A stretch of DNA of 64,000 nt from an uncultured Desulfobacter sp. (lineage in GTDB: Bacteria > Desulfobacterota > Desulfobacteria > Desulfobacterales > Desulfobacteraceae): the NCBI RefSeq assembly GCF_963664415.2, contig NZ_CAXXPY010000004.1, forward strand, positions 415,742-479,741. Reading direction: 5' to 3'. The position numbers and the translations under genes are program-made. Below, piece by piece: positions 17,851 to 27,863 of this stretch. The first letter of the stretch is position 1. Each line of letters starts with the position of its first letter. The notes beneath the pieces were generated by a model. That model saw only the letters and a program-made list of their open reading frames with translations. It did no database searches and was not told the DNA's origin.

Positions 17851-19299
17851 TTATTTAGTGTCGGATTCTTTTCCACGCCCATATACATCATCAAACCTGA
17901 CAATATCATCTTCTCCCAGGTATGGACCCGATTGAACCTCTATCAGTTCCAGGGGAATTTTCCCCGGATTTTCCAGACGATGCATGGTGCCAAGGGGAAT
18001 ATAAATAGACTGGTCTTCTTTCAAAAGAATCTCTTCAGTGCCTTTGGTTACAATAGCTGTCCCGGATACAACGGTCCAGTGCTCTGCCCGGTGATAATGT
18101 TTCTGCAAAGACAGTTTAGCCCCGGGCTTTACGGTGATGCGCTTTACCTGGTATCTATCTGCCATATCGATGGTCTCATAATCACCCCAGGGCCGGTAAA
18201 CTTTGGCATGACAAACCGCTTCCATTCTGTCCTGGGACTTCAGCTGGGCAACTATTTTCTTGACATCCTGAACCTGATCTCTGGGGGCCACCAGCACAGC
18301 ATCCTTGGTGTCTACAATCACAAATTTTTCAAGGCCCACGGCTGCCACAAGACGGCTGTCGGAATGAATGTACGTATCCGTGACATTGTGCACCAATACA
18401 TCTCCGCTGGTCACATTATTGCATTCATCCTTGTCACCGGTCTGCCACAAGGCGTCAAAGGAACCCAAATCATTCCATCCGGCATCAAGGGGAATGACAA
18501 CACCGTTTGCTGTTTTCTCCATAACGGCGTAATCAATGGAATCCTCGACAATGGCCTCAAATTCTGCTTTATCCACCCTGAAAAAATCTAAATCCATAGT
18601 TCCATGTTTAATCGCTGTGCGACACTTTTCAAGCATGTCCGGGGCAAAAGCCCCAAGTTCGGAAATAACAGCAGAGGCCTTGAACATGAACATGCCTGAA
18701 TTCCAGCAGAAATCGCCTGATTCAAGATAGGATACCGCTGTTTCATAATCGGGCTTTTCCACAAACCGGTCAATCATAAAGGCCGGATTTGAACTGTCAA
18801 CGCGATCTCCTTTTTTGATATACCCATAGCCTGTTTCCGGTGATGATGAAACGATGCCGAAGGTGACCAATTTTCCTTGCCGGGCCAGTTGCTCACCCGA
18901 CTCAATGATGGCATGAAAGGCTTCAATATTTTTAATTTCATGGTCTGCGGGCAGTACCAGCATCACAGGGTCATCCTGATGCTCGGACTTGGGCTGACCA
19001 TCAAGTATCAAAGCTGCCAGCGCAATAGCCGGGGCCGTATTCCTGGCAGCCGGTTCAAGAATGATCTTAAAATCGTTGATATCAATCTGGCGGATTTGTT
19101 CCGCAGTCATGAATCTGTGGTTCTCATTGCATATAACCACCGGCGCGCCGAGGTCATTAAGGCCTGAAAACCGTAAAAGGGTATTTTGCAGCATGGTATG
19201 CGCATTGTACAAATTAATGAGCTGCTTGGGATACAAAGATCTGGACATGGGCCACAGCCTGGTCCCGGAACCGCCGGCCAAAATAACAGGATAAATCAT
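17851..19299 (-). CDS. manC: mannose-1-phosphate guanylyltransferase / mannose-6-phosphate isomerase
   Basis: N-terminal PVILAGGSGTRLWPMSR motif, a C-terminal cupin (HRAEHWTVVSGTA), and 482 aa in length. Confidence 0.9.
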   Translation of the reverse strand: MIYPVILAGGSGTRLWPMSRSLYPKQLINLYNAHTMLQNTLLRFSGLNDLGAPVVICNENHRFMTAEQIRQIDINDFKIILEPAARNTAPAIALAALILDGQPKSEHQDDPVMLVLPADHEIKNIEAFHAIIESGEQLARQGKLVTFGIVSSSPETGYGYIKKGDRVDSSNPAFMIDRFVEKPDYETAVSYLESGDFCWNSGMFMFKASAVISELGAFAPDMLEKCRTAIKHGTMDLDFFRVDKAEFEAIVEDSIDYAVMEKTANGVVIPLDAGWNDLGSFDALWQTGDKDECNNVTSGDVLVHNVTDTYIHSDSRLVAAVGLEKFVIVDTKDAVLVAPRDQVQDVKKIVAQLKSQDRMEAVCHAKVYRPWGDYETIDMADRYQVKRITVKPGAKLSLQKHYHRAEHWTVVSGTAIVTKGTEEILLKEDQSIYIPLGTMHRLENPGKIPLELIEVQSGPYLGEDDIVRFDDVYGRGKESDTK

Positions 19300-19309
19300 T
19301 TTTTCTCCA

Positions 19310-20221
19310 TTATTTTTGTGCTAGATAAAAATTTAAGGTCAATGTTTTTTCAACCGGATAGGATTCAATATGCTTCAAATTAAAACCTGTCCGATCCATC
19401 CACCCTGAAATCTGCCGACGGGTAAAACCCAGCCAAACACCGCCGATAATATCTTTGATCTGTTCCTGATTGTGTTTTAAAAAATCCACCAAAAGAAACA
19501 AGCCTCCGGGGTTAAGAACCCGGTATACTTCCTGAATCGCCTTTTCAGGTTCAGACACGTGGTACAACACCATACTCATCAACGCGGCATCAGCCTCCTG
19601 TTCACGCATGGGAAGATGTTCCAGCTCTCCGATGCGAAGCTCTAAATTTGAGCTTTCCGGCAATCGAAGCCTGGCCTGTTCAAGCATTTCAGGAGAGACA
19701 TCCACGCCGATAAGGGTCTTTTTTCCACTGTCAAGGAGAGCTGCAAGCATCTCACCGGTACCACAACCGAGATCAGCAATAATTGAGGCCTCTTGAAGAT
19801 GAGGTTCAAACACAAGGGTGGGATTAAAATTACCAAGAATCTGTTTTTTCAAGCGGTCCCACCGAGGCGCAGCGGTCTTAAAAAAACGTCGAGATTTATT
19901 TTTTCTCAGCGTAATACATTGCTGTGTGCGGGCCAGATCTTCCTGAAATACAGGATCGCTTTCAAGCTGTCTGCAGGCAAGGACGGCAAGTTCCCGGTTA
20001 TATCCTTTTTTATTCGTGGTATAGTACATGAAGCTGCCGTCTTTACGAGAAACCAGCAAGCCTGCTTCAAGTAGAATTTTCAAATGCCGGGATACCCCGG
20101 ACTGCACCATGTTCACCACGGAGACAATTTCATTCACATTGAGTTCAAAATGCTCCAGGATAAACAAAAGCCGCAACCGGGTGGGATCAGATAAGGCCTT
20201 AAACTGTTTTATGATTTCCAT
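19310..20221 (-). CDS. ArsR-family HTH fused to a class I SAM-dependent methyltransferase
   Basis: LSDPTRLRLLFIL...VSRHLKILLEAGLL is an ArsR HTH. DLGCGTGEM is SAM motif I. Confidence 0.8.
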   Translation of the reverse strand: MEIIKQFKALSDPTRLRLLFILEHFELNVNEIVSVVNMVQSGVSRHLKILLEAGLLVSRKDGSFMYYTTNKKGYNRELAVLACRQLESDPVFQEDLARTQQCITLRKNKSRRFFKTAAPRWDRLKKQILGNFNPTLVFEPHLQEASIIADLGCGTGEMLAALLDSGKKTLIGVDVSPEMLEQARLRLPESSNLELRIGELEHLPMREQEADAALMSMVLYHVSEPEKAIQEVYRVLNPGGLFLLVDFLKHNQEQIKDIIGGVWLGFTRRQISGWMDRTGFNLKHIESYPVEKTLTLNFYLAQK

Positions 20222-20247
20222 AAAAATAAAGGGTGAGCCATTTAGGA

Positions 20248-20925
20248 TTAAATAGTGATCTGGTCACCAAAATTCATGATTTTACATTCAATGCCGTTAG
20301 CACTGATTTTGGCGCAAAAATCTTGGGGATTGGCCTGGATCACGTCAAATGTATTATAGTGCATGGGAACAGCCTGGACCGGTTTAACAAATTCACAAGC
20401 CATGGCGGCATCTTCAATTCCCATGGTAAAATTATCGCCGATGGGCACCATCATAGTATGAATATTGTCAAGCTGCCCAATAAGCTTCATATCGGAAAAC
20501 AACCCGGTGTCTCCCGTATGATAAAGGGTGATGCCGTTGATGGTGATCACAAAACCTGTGGGGGTGCCGTGGCAGACATTATCCGGGGTAACGGAGCTGT
20601 GAAGCGCCTGGGTCAGCTTTACCCTGCCGAAATCAAACATAAAAGCGCCGCCGATGTGCATTCTATGGACGTTAAGGCCCTTAGTCCCCAAATAAGAGCC
20701 AAGTTCGTTTTCACAGATGCACAACGCATTGCATCTATCGGCAATGCTCAGGGTATCGCCAAGATGATCCCAATGACCGTGGCTGACCAGAATATAGTCG
20801 GCCTCCACATCTTCGGCCTTGACCGGAGATGTGGGATTATTATCCAAAAAAGGGTCAATCAGAATTTTTGACCCGTCATCACAAGTAATTTGAAAAGCGG
20901 AGTGGGAAAAATATCTAAGTTTCAT
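20248..20925 (-). CDS. metallo-beta-lactamase-fold hydrolase (UPF0173-like)
   Basis: MKLRYFSHSAFQI...ILVSHGHWDHLGD. The start is the internal ATG at 20925. Confidence 0.8.
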   Translation of the reverse strand: MKLRYFSHSAFQITCDDGSKILIDPFLDNNPTSPVKAEDVEADYILVSHGHWDHLGDTLSIADRCNALCICENELGSYLGTKGLNVHRMHIGGAFMFDFGRVKLTQALHSSVTPDNVCHGTPTGFVITINGITLYHTGDTGLFSDMKLIGQLDNIHTMMVPIGDNFTMGIEDAAMACEFVKPVQAVPMHYNTFDVIQANPQDFCAKISANGIECKIMNFGDQITI

Positions 20926-21012
20926 GACAGAATCTCTTTTATAATCGTGATAAGACAAAATAATGGGCAGCAATCAGCACATGCTGCCCAAAATCGAAGA
21001 ATGAGAAAGCGC

Positions 21013-21405
21013 TTACCTTACACTGACAACCGGACAGTCCGCCTCAAGAATCACTGTTTGCGCCGTGGAACCAAACAATAATTTTCCTACATTTGAACGG
21101 CTTTTTACGCCAATGATAATTTCTTCCACATTTTTTTCATTTGCAAACGCAACAATGTCCTCCCCGGCCTCCATGCCACGTATCAGAAGATGTTTTTCAC
21201 AGGTTAATCCCTGGTCTTTGAAAAAAACCTGTGCCTGGTCCAGGTTATTTTCTGCTTCCAGGATTTTTTTCTGGTCCTTTTCAGTTCCCTCCAACATGGA
21301 AGTGACAACCAGCACCGTTGCATTAAACGCTTTTGCATGCTCTGCGGCAAGCTTGAGCAGTTCCTGCCCGATATTGGTACCTTTATATCCAACGAGAATT
21401 TTCAT
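21013..21405 (-). CDS. universal stress protein (UspA family)
   Basis: MKILVGY...IIIGVKSRSNVGKLLFGSTAQTVILEADCPVVSV. SD gagagg lies upstream of the ATG at 21405. Confidence 0.85.
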   Translation of the reverse strand: MKILVGYKGTNIGQELLKLAAEHAKAFNATVLVVTSMLEGTEKDQKKILEAENNLDQAQVFFKDQGLTCEKHLLIRGMEAGEDIVAFANEKNVEEIIIGVKSRSNVGKLLFGSTAQTVILEADCPVVSVR

Positions 21406-21564
21406 ATATTTCCTCTCTTTCTTCATCACTTATTTTTATCAACCCGATATACAAACAACCATCAATTTTCTTAATCGAAAAAAATAATTATCTAAAATAA
21501 TGAATCAAACCGTGTTTAACAAGACTAAACCCCGACGTTGCATTAAAACTTAAAAAAAAGAATA

Positions 21565-21840
21565 TTAATCTTTGTTGATGACAGCGCCGATAACCGCCAA
21601 AATGATACCCAAACCGATCAAAATCCAGGCAAAATGAATCTCATAAAAAAATGAATACAGTGTATTATACACTGTATCACTGGAGATCCTGTCCAAGAGT
21701 GCACCGGTAATTCCTTCAAAAAAAGAGGAAATGGTCATGGTTGAAATAAAACCGGCTGTACCCATAAAGTTAGCCAACAGGGAAAACAACCCAAGCACAA
21801 GACCGGCAATAATTGAAAAAATGCCCAGTTTTGAGGTCAT
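21565..21840 (-). CDS. small membrane protein, hypothetical
   Basis: 91 aa with three hydrophobic segments. No family recognised. Confidence 0.4.
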   Translation of the reverse strand: MTSKLGIFSIIAGLVLGLFSLLANFMGTAGFISTMTISSFFEGITGALLDRISSDTVYNTLYSFFYEIHFAWILIGLGIILAVIGAVINKD

Positions 21841-22018
21841 GATTTTTCCTTGATTAAATCGGTGTTAAAATTCTAAGGTCAGTCGTATTATAAGATTTGT
21901 TTGCTTCCATCTTTATGCAATTCATTGTATATGCAGGCTGTGTTTCAGGTCAAACTATTTCAGACCTTCCTTTTATGCAGATATACTTTATAAAAAAGCC
22001 GCCGTCGGACTTCAAACT

Positions 22019-23614
22019 ATGACACAAACCTCAACTTTTAAAAAAATCGGATTTGCCTCATTTATCATGATGGCTTCGGCATTTGCCAGCAGGATTATCG
22101 GTCTTGTGCGCGAAACCGCCATTGCCTGGATGGGCGGTGCAAGCACAGGCGTCGACGCGTACCAGGTAGCGTTTGTGATCCCTGAAATTTTGAACCATGT
22201 GGTGGCGTCAGGTTTTTTATCCATTACCTTCATCCCCATCTTTACCCGTTATCTTGCTGAAAATAAAGAAATAGAAGGATATCGGGTTTTTTCCGTTATT
22301 CTGAATTGTTTTGGTTCAGTTCTTTTAATTTTTATCATCCTTTCCATGGTTTTTGCACCCGAACTGATTTGTGTACTTGCTCCCGGACTTAAAAACGGCC
22401 CGGCCTTTGACCTTGCCGTCCGCATGACCCGGATTATTATCCCGGCCCAGCTTTTCTTTTTTGCCGGCGGCCTGTTCAATGCCATACAATTCTCAAAGGA
22501 ACGGTTTCTTTTCCCCGCTCTTGTACCATTGGTTTACAATACCGGTATTATTGCGGGCGGGATACTTTTGTATCCGGTTCTGGGTATGGAAGGCTTTGCC
22601 TGGGGTGTGCTTGCAGGCGCATTTTGCGGCAGTTTCCTGCTTCAACTGTTTGGCGCCAAAAAGGTCGGCCTGATTTATATGCCAATTTTTAATTTCAGGC
22701 ATCCTGATATGATCAAATACGTATTGTTAACGTTACCCCTGATGCTTGGCCTGACCATGACCTTTTCCACGGAAATCTTGATGAAATTCTTTGGGTCGTT
22801 TTTAAACGAGGGAAGCATTTCTGCCTTGAATTACGCCCTTCGCATTATGTTTATACTGGTAGGGCTCTTCGGCAATGCTGTTGGTGTAGCCTCCTATCCG
22901 TTCATGGCAAAAATTGCGGCCAAAAAAGATTTTTCCGGCCTAAATGCCATCATCAATCAAACCCTTAAATACATCTTCATTGTGATGCCCTTCTCTGTTG
23001 TTTTTATGATTCTAAATAAAGAGGTTGTGGCCATTTTATTCCAGCGCGGGGCATTTGACGCCCATGATGCAGCCCTAACATCAGGGGTGCTGCCGTATTT
23101 CATGGCTGGAGCATTTGCTTTTTCCGCCCAGACCATCGTTTCCCGAGGGTTCTTTGCCGTTCAAAACACATTATTCCCGGCCCTTTTTTCCACTGTGTGC
23201 GTGGCATTAAGTCTGCCGCTGCTCTATTTTGCAATGACCGCCATGGGGATCAAAGGCGTGGCTTTGGGACTGTCTTTGTCCGTGATCATTACTACAGGCA
23301 CCTTATTTGAAGTATGGAGCAGAAGAACCCAAAACGCGGGACGATCAGAGGTCTACACGTTCTTTGGTCTAATGCTATTGGTCAGTATCGCGGTATGGCT
23401 GATTCTAAAAATAGTATATACTGAAATTATTCATATAATACCGACCACCGGTTTTTTTGCCCATATATTCATATGTATTATTGTCGGCACGTTATTTTTA
23501 ATCATTCTGGCAGGTATTGGAAAATTTTTTAAAATCAGAGAGGTCAATACGCTTTATACCAAAGTCCTGAAAAAGACGGGGTTGCTCAAAAAAACAATCA
23601 ATGGAAAACGTTGA
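22019..23614 (+). CDS. murJ: lipid II flippase MurJ
   Basis: SRIIGLVRETAIAWMGGASTGVDAYQVAFVIPE is the MurJ/MviN N-terminal signature. About 14 TM segments. Confidence 0.9.
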   Translation: MTQTSTFKKIGFASFIMMASAFASRIIGLVRETAIAWMGGASTGVDAYQVAFVIPEILNHVVASGFLSITFIPIFTRYLAENKEIEGYRVFSVILNCFGSVLLIFIILSMVFAPELICVLAPGLKNGPAFDLAVRMTRIIIPAQLFFFAGGLFNAIQFSKERFLFPALVPLVYNTGIIAGGILLYPVLGMEGFAWGVLAGAFCGSFLLQLFGAKKVGLIYMPIFNFRHPDMIKYVLLTLPLMLGLTMTFSTEILMKFFGSFLNEGSISALNYALRIMFILVGLFGNAVGVASYPFMAKIAAKKDFSGLNAIINQTLKYIFIVMPFSVVFMILNKEVVAILFQRGAFDAHDAALTSGVLPYFMAGAFAFSAQTIVSRGFFAVQNTLFPALFSTVCVALSLPLLYFAMTAMGIKGVALGLSLSVIITTGTLFEVWSRRTQNAGRSEVYTFFGLMLLVSIAVWLILKIVYTEIIHIIPTTGFFAHIFICIIVGTLFLIILAGIGKFFKIREVNTLYTKVLKKTGLLKKTINGKR

Positions 23615-23674
23615 AACATGAAATCACTTGAATATTTTAAGGAATTTTACTTCTTCTTTGTCAATCCATGGCTG

Positions 23675-25207
23675 CTAATAGAGTTTACCCACAGCATCCT
23701 CCACGGCCCGAACAATCCGGCCGCTGTGCAAAAGCGTTCGAACGGCGGCAATATCCGCTGACAGAAATCGGTCCTTTGTCATGCACGGCACTTTGCTGCG
23801 AATGGTTTCATAGGCGGCCATGGTGCCTTTACCGGCCTTAAGATTTGTGAACGTATCGATCGCCTGGGCACCGCATAAAAGTTCAATGGCAATAACCTGC
23901 TCTGAGTTCTCCACGATGTCCCGGCATTTGCGTGCGGCCGTAGCGCCCATGGAGACATGATCCTCTTTGTTGGCCGAGGTGGGAATGGAGTCCACGCAGG
24001 CCGGGTGTGCAAGCACCTTGTTTTCAGAGACCAGGGAAGCGGCAACATATTGGGCAATCATAAATCCGGAATTAAGCCCTGTATCTTTGACCAAAAAGGC
24101 AGGAAGCCCGGAAAGTTGAGGATTGACCAAGCGCTCAACCCGGCGCTCGGAAATATTTGCAAGTTCGGCTATGGCAATGCCTAAAAAATCACAGGCCAAG
24201 GCCAAAGGCTGGCCGTGAAAGTTGCCCCCGGAAAGGAATTCTCCGGATTCCGGAAAAATCAACGGATTTTCCGTGGAGGCGTTCATCTCGACCCGGATCA
24301 CCCGTTCCACATAATTGAATGCATCCCAGGATGCGCCATGGACCTGGGGGGAACACCGCAGGGTATAGGCATCCTGAATTCTGGAACAATCCCTGTGGGA
24401 GGAGATGATTTCAGAATTCTGGGTGATCTTCATCATATCGGAGGCCGCTTTCATCTGCCCTAAATGGGGCCGTGCATTATGAATTCTTGGATCAAAGGCG
24501 GCGCGTGTACCCATCAGGGTTTCAAGACTCATGGAAGCGGCAATATCCGCATGTTTACAAAGATTTAACGCATCATGAAGGGCAAGACACCCCAAAGCAA
24601 GCATGAATTGGGTACCGTTAATCAGCGCAAGCCCTTCCCCTGCACCTAGCTCCAAAGGTTCAATATTTTTTGCAGCCAGGGCCTGGCTGCCGGGCATGCG
24701 CACCCCGCCGACAACGGCCTCTCCTTCGCCGATGAGCACTAAAGACAGGTGGGCCATGGGCACAAGATCCCCACTGGCACCCACCGACCCCTTTTCAGGC
24801 ACCACAGGAATGATACCGGCATTGAGAATCAGGGAAAGTGTTTTTATGGTTTCAAGGCGCAGTCCTGAATTTCCCCGGCAAAAATCATTGATCCGCACTG
24901 CCATCATCGCCCTGACCACATCATCATCCATGCCATTGCCCACACCTGCGGCATGGGATAAAAGGATATTGCGCTGCAACGTTTTTGTATCCTCAAATGA
25001 AATATTCACATTGGACAATGCCCCGAATCCCGTGGTCACGCCATAAATACGCTTGCCGGCTTTCACCCATTGTTCCACCAGGGTACGGGCCTTTTTAATC
25101 CGGCTTTCAGAATTTTTGGAAACAGCAACGTTTTTGCCGTCCCGGGCAATATCGACCAGTTGACCAAGGGTAAGATTCTGCCCATTGAGCGAAACAGGAT
25201 CATTCAT
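23675..25207 (-). CDS. hutH: histidine ammonia-lyase
   Basis: GSVGASGDLVPMAHL carries the MIO-forming ASG triad. 510 aa. It is adjacent to hutI. Confidence 0.9.
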   Translation of the reverse strand: MNDPVSLNGQNLTLGQLVDIARDGKNVAVSKNSESRIKKARTLVEQWVKAGKRIYGVTTGFGALSNVNISFEDTKTLQRNILLSHAAGVGNGMDDDVVRAMMAVRINDFCRGNSGLRLETIKTLSLILNAGIIPVVPEKGSVGASGDLVPMAHLSLVLIGEGEAVVGGVRMPGSQALAAKNIEPLELGAGEGLALINGTQFMLALGCLALHDALNLCKHADIAASMSLETLMGTRAAFDPRIHNARPHLGQMKAASDMMKITQNSEIISSHRDCSRIQDAYTLRCSPQVHGASWDAFNYVERVIRVEMNASTENPLIFPESGEFLSGGNFHGQPLALACDFLGIAIAELANISERRVERLVNPQLSGLPAFLVKDTGLNSGFMIAQYVAASLVSENKVLAHPACVDSIPTSANKEDHVSMGATAARKCRDIVENSEQVIAIELLCGAQAIDTFTNLKAGKGTMAAYETIRSKVPCMTKDRFLSADIAAVRTLLHSGRIVRAVEDAVGKLY

Positions 25208-25338
25208 GATGTTTTATTCCTTAAATGTGCCCTGAACATTATCGATAATGGCTTGACTCGACGCAGACGCTTATATAGACAAGCAGTATAGAATTGCATC
25301 TAAAATGTCAATGTTCATAAAAGAGAGATAATACACCT

Positions 25339-26574
25339 ATGCCCCATGCACAGTTACCCTGGGACACCCTGTTTGTTCATGCAGATATCGCCACCATGGC
25401 CCATGGCCGCTACAACATCATCAAAGATGGGGCCATTGGCGTGTCCAACGGAAAAATCCAGTGGATCGGCCCCTATGAAAAATTACAAACGGACCGAACC
25501 ATTGCCCATGAAGTCATTAACTGCAAGGACCAGTGGATACTGCCCGGATTTGTGGACTGTCACACCCATTTGATCTGGGCCGGCTCCAGATCCAATGAAT
25601 TTGAAATGCGCCTGTCCGGTGCAAGATACGAACAAATTGCAAAGCAGGGGGGCGGCATTGCGGCCACAGTTAAGGCGGTCCGTGACGCATCCGCAGACCG
25701 GCTCTTTACCATCGCATCCCAGCGTATCAGCCATTTTTTAAGCCGGGGCACCACCTGTGTAGAAATAAAATCCGGATATGGCCTGGATCTTGAGAATGAA
25801 TTGAAGATGCTGGCCGTGGCAGATCGCCTGAATCAACAATTTCCTTTGCATATTTGCCCCACCTTTCTTGGCGCCCATGCCCTGCCCCCGGAATACAAAG
25901 GCCGTACTGACGACTATGTGGACCTTATCATCAACACCATGCTGCCCGGCATCAAACACCAGGGAATTGCCAGCGCAGTAGATGTATTCTGTGAATCAAT
26001 CGCTTTTTCTTTAGCACAGACTAAACGACTATTTACCGCTGCCACAGATATGGGCCTGCCGGTCAAACTCCATGCCGAACAACTCTCTGATTCAGGTGGC
26101 GCAGCCCTTGCCGCACAATTTAACGCACTGTCCTGTGATCATCTGGAATACCTTTCCCTTGACGGCGTAAAAGCGATGGCCCATGCAGGTGTAACGGCCG
26201 TGCTTCTGCCCGGTGCTTATTACATGCTTAAACAGACACGTATACCGCCGGTGAGAGATCTTATCCGTCTGGACGTCCCCATGGCCCTGGCCACGGACCT
26301 AAATCCGGGCACAAGCCCGGTTTATGACATGGCCGCAGTGATGAACATGGGTTGTGTGCTGTTCGGGCTGACCTGTGAACAGGCCCTGGCCGGTGCCACC
26401 ATCAACGGGGCAAAAGCCCTGGGACTTGGCAACTGCAAAGGCAGCCTGGAGACAGGAAAAGATGCAGACTTTGTGGTGTGGGATATTGATTCCCCTGCCG
26501 ATCTGAGCTACCAGATGGGCATCTGCTGCGTAAACAAGGTTGTGATTACAGGCAAAATCGCATATAACACCTAA
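25339..26574 (+). CDS. hutI: imidazolonepropionase
   Basis: GFVDCHTHLIWAGSR...YEQIAKQGGGI are amidohydrolase-fold HutI signatures. Confidence 0.9.
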   Translation: MPHAQLPWDTLFVHADIATMAHGRYNIIKDGAIGVSNGKIQWIGPYEKLQTDRTIAHEVINCKDQWILPGFVDCHTHLIWAGSRSNEFEMRLSGARYEQIAKQGGGIAATVKAVRDASADRLFTIASQRISHFLSRGTTCVEIKSGYGLDLENELKMLAVADRLNQQFPLHICPTFLGAHALPPEYKGRTDDYVDLIINTMLPGIKHQGIASAVDVFCESIAFSLAQTKRLFTAATDMGLPVKLHAEQLSDSGGAALAAQFNALSCDHLEYLSLDGVKAMAHAGVTAVLLPGAYYMLKQTRIPPVRDLIRLDVPMALATDLNPGTSPVYDMAAVMNMGCVLFGLTCEQALAGATINGAKALGLGNCKGSLETGKDADFVVWDIDSPADLSYQMGICCVNKVVITGKIAYNT

Positions 26575-26602
26575 AAAGGATTACCTTTAATTTGGAGAAA
26601 CA

Positions 26603-27262
26603 ATGCGTATATATGCAGTTGCAGACATTCACGGCAAACCCGAACATATGGAATCCATTTACGGGATTTTAGACCAGTACCAGCCGGAGTTCATGGTTGT
26701 CCCGGGGGACATGACCCATTTTTTCAACTGGTCCACCGTTCTATCCCAGCTTGACAGCCTGCCGGTTCCTGTTCTTGCGATTCGGGGCAATACGGATTTA
26801 AAACGCATTGAACCCCGGATAGAAAAAGCAGCCAATATTACGCTGCTAACACCAACACCCCTTCAAGTTAAGGGTTTTTCGTTTGTCGGAACTTCGGGTG
26901 CCCTGCCTTTTCCCTTTGCCAACAAAATCTGCCTGAATGAAAATAACCGGCTTGCGGCCCTGCCCAGTCCCCTGGAACCGGATACGGTACTTGTCGTCCA
27001 TGTGCCGCCAAAGGGGGCGTGCGACCGTGTGGGCAAAAAAATCCATGCCGGCAGCCGGCAGCTGGCCCGGTTTATCAAAGCCGCTTCCCCAAGCCTTGTA
27101 CTTTGCGGTCATATCCACGAAGATTTCGGCGTTAACACCCTGCATCAAAGTACCGTGGTGAACTGTGCCATCGCAGGTCCGGGATTAGGAGCCATCATTG
27201 ACCTTGAAAAAAATGCCCCCCCCAGGGTTAATCTTTTGCAATCCAATACACCCCAAAATTAA
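26603..27262 (+). CDS. metallophosphoesterase-family protein
   Basis: The motifs VADIHG, VVPGDM and CGHIHE are present. Confidence 0.75.
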   Translation: MRIYAVADIHGKPEHMESIYGILDQYQPEFMVVPGDMTHFFNWSTVLSQLDSLPVPVLAIRGNTDLKRIEPRIEKAANITLLTPTPLQVKGFSFVGTSGALPFPFANKICLNENNRLAALPSPLEPDTVLVVHVPPKGACDRVGKKIHAGSRQLARFIKAASPSLVLCGHIHEDFGVNTLHQSTVVNCAIAGPGLGAIIDLEKNAPPRVNLLQSNTPQN

Positions 27263-27427
27263 AAAATAAAAAACAGGCTGAACCAAACATCTGTAAAACG
27301 CCGAACATTCACTGTTTAAGCCATTGCAAACCAAAAGAAGAATTGATAAATAACTAATTTTGATCTATAGTCACCGTCAATTTATAGGGGCTCACTCACA
27401 ATCTATATTTAATAATGGAGAGAACGA

Positions 27428-27838
27428 ATGAAAACTTTTAAAATTATATTGTTCATAATTTTCTTGGTGCTTCTGGCTCTTTTCGGCCTTCAAAATCAGG
27501 AATACTTTTTGACGAGTACAGCGCTCCACATTGACTTTAAAATATCATCCTTAAACTACAAAATTATGGAACTTCCGAACTGGGCCTATTGGGTTCTTTG
27601 TCTGGTCATAGGCCTTTTAGTCACAGGGATACGAGGACTTATCTCGACCTTTCGCCTCAAGCGCCAGGTTAGGACAAGGGACGAACGGATTGAAAGTATG
27701 AAAGGAGAAATCAATTCTCTTCAGACACGCCTTGATATATTTCTTCATGACCCTGTCATCAAAAAGCACCTGGAAGATGAAGCCCGCAAGGATAAGGAAC
27801 AGCCCCAGGCTGCAACCGAGGAAGAACAAAAGGCCTAA
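27428..27838 (+). CDS. LapA-domain (DUF1049) membrane protein with coiled-coil tail
   Basis: Two TM segments are present, with LFGLQNQ in the first, followed by a charged helical C-terminus. Confidence 0.55.
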   Translation: MKTFKIILFIIFLVLLALFGLQNQEYFLTSTALHIDFKISSLNYKIMELPNWAYWVLCLVIGLLVTGIRGLISTFRLKRQVRTRDERIESMKGEINSLQTRLDIFLHDPVIKKHLEDEARKDKEQPQAATEEEQKA

Positions 27839-27863
27839 AGTCCCCATCCCCCTTTGAATTTCC

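Noticed and set aside
17932-18591. 219-aa plus-strand ORF
   Set aside because: It is entirely antisense to manC, which has full-length conserved motifs. No independent support exists.
20233-20871. 212-aa plus-strand ORF
   Set aside because: It is antisense to the MBL-fold hydrolase (HGHWDH motif on the minus strand). It is a shadow ORF.
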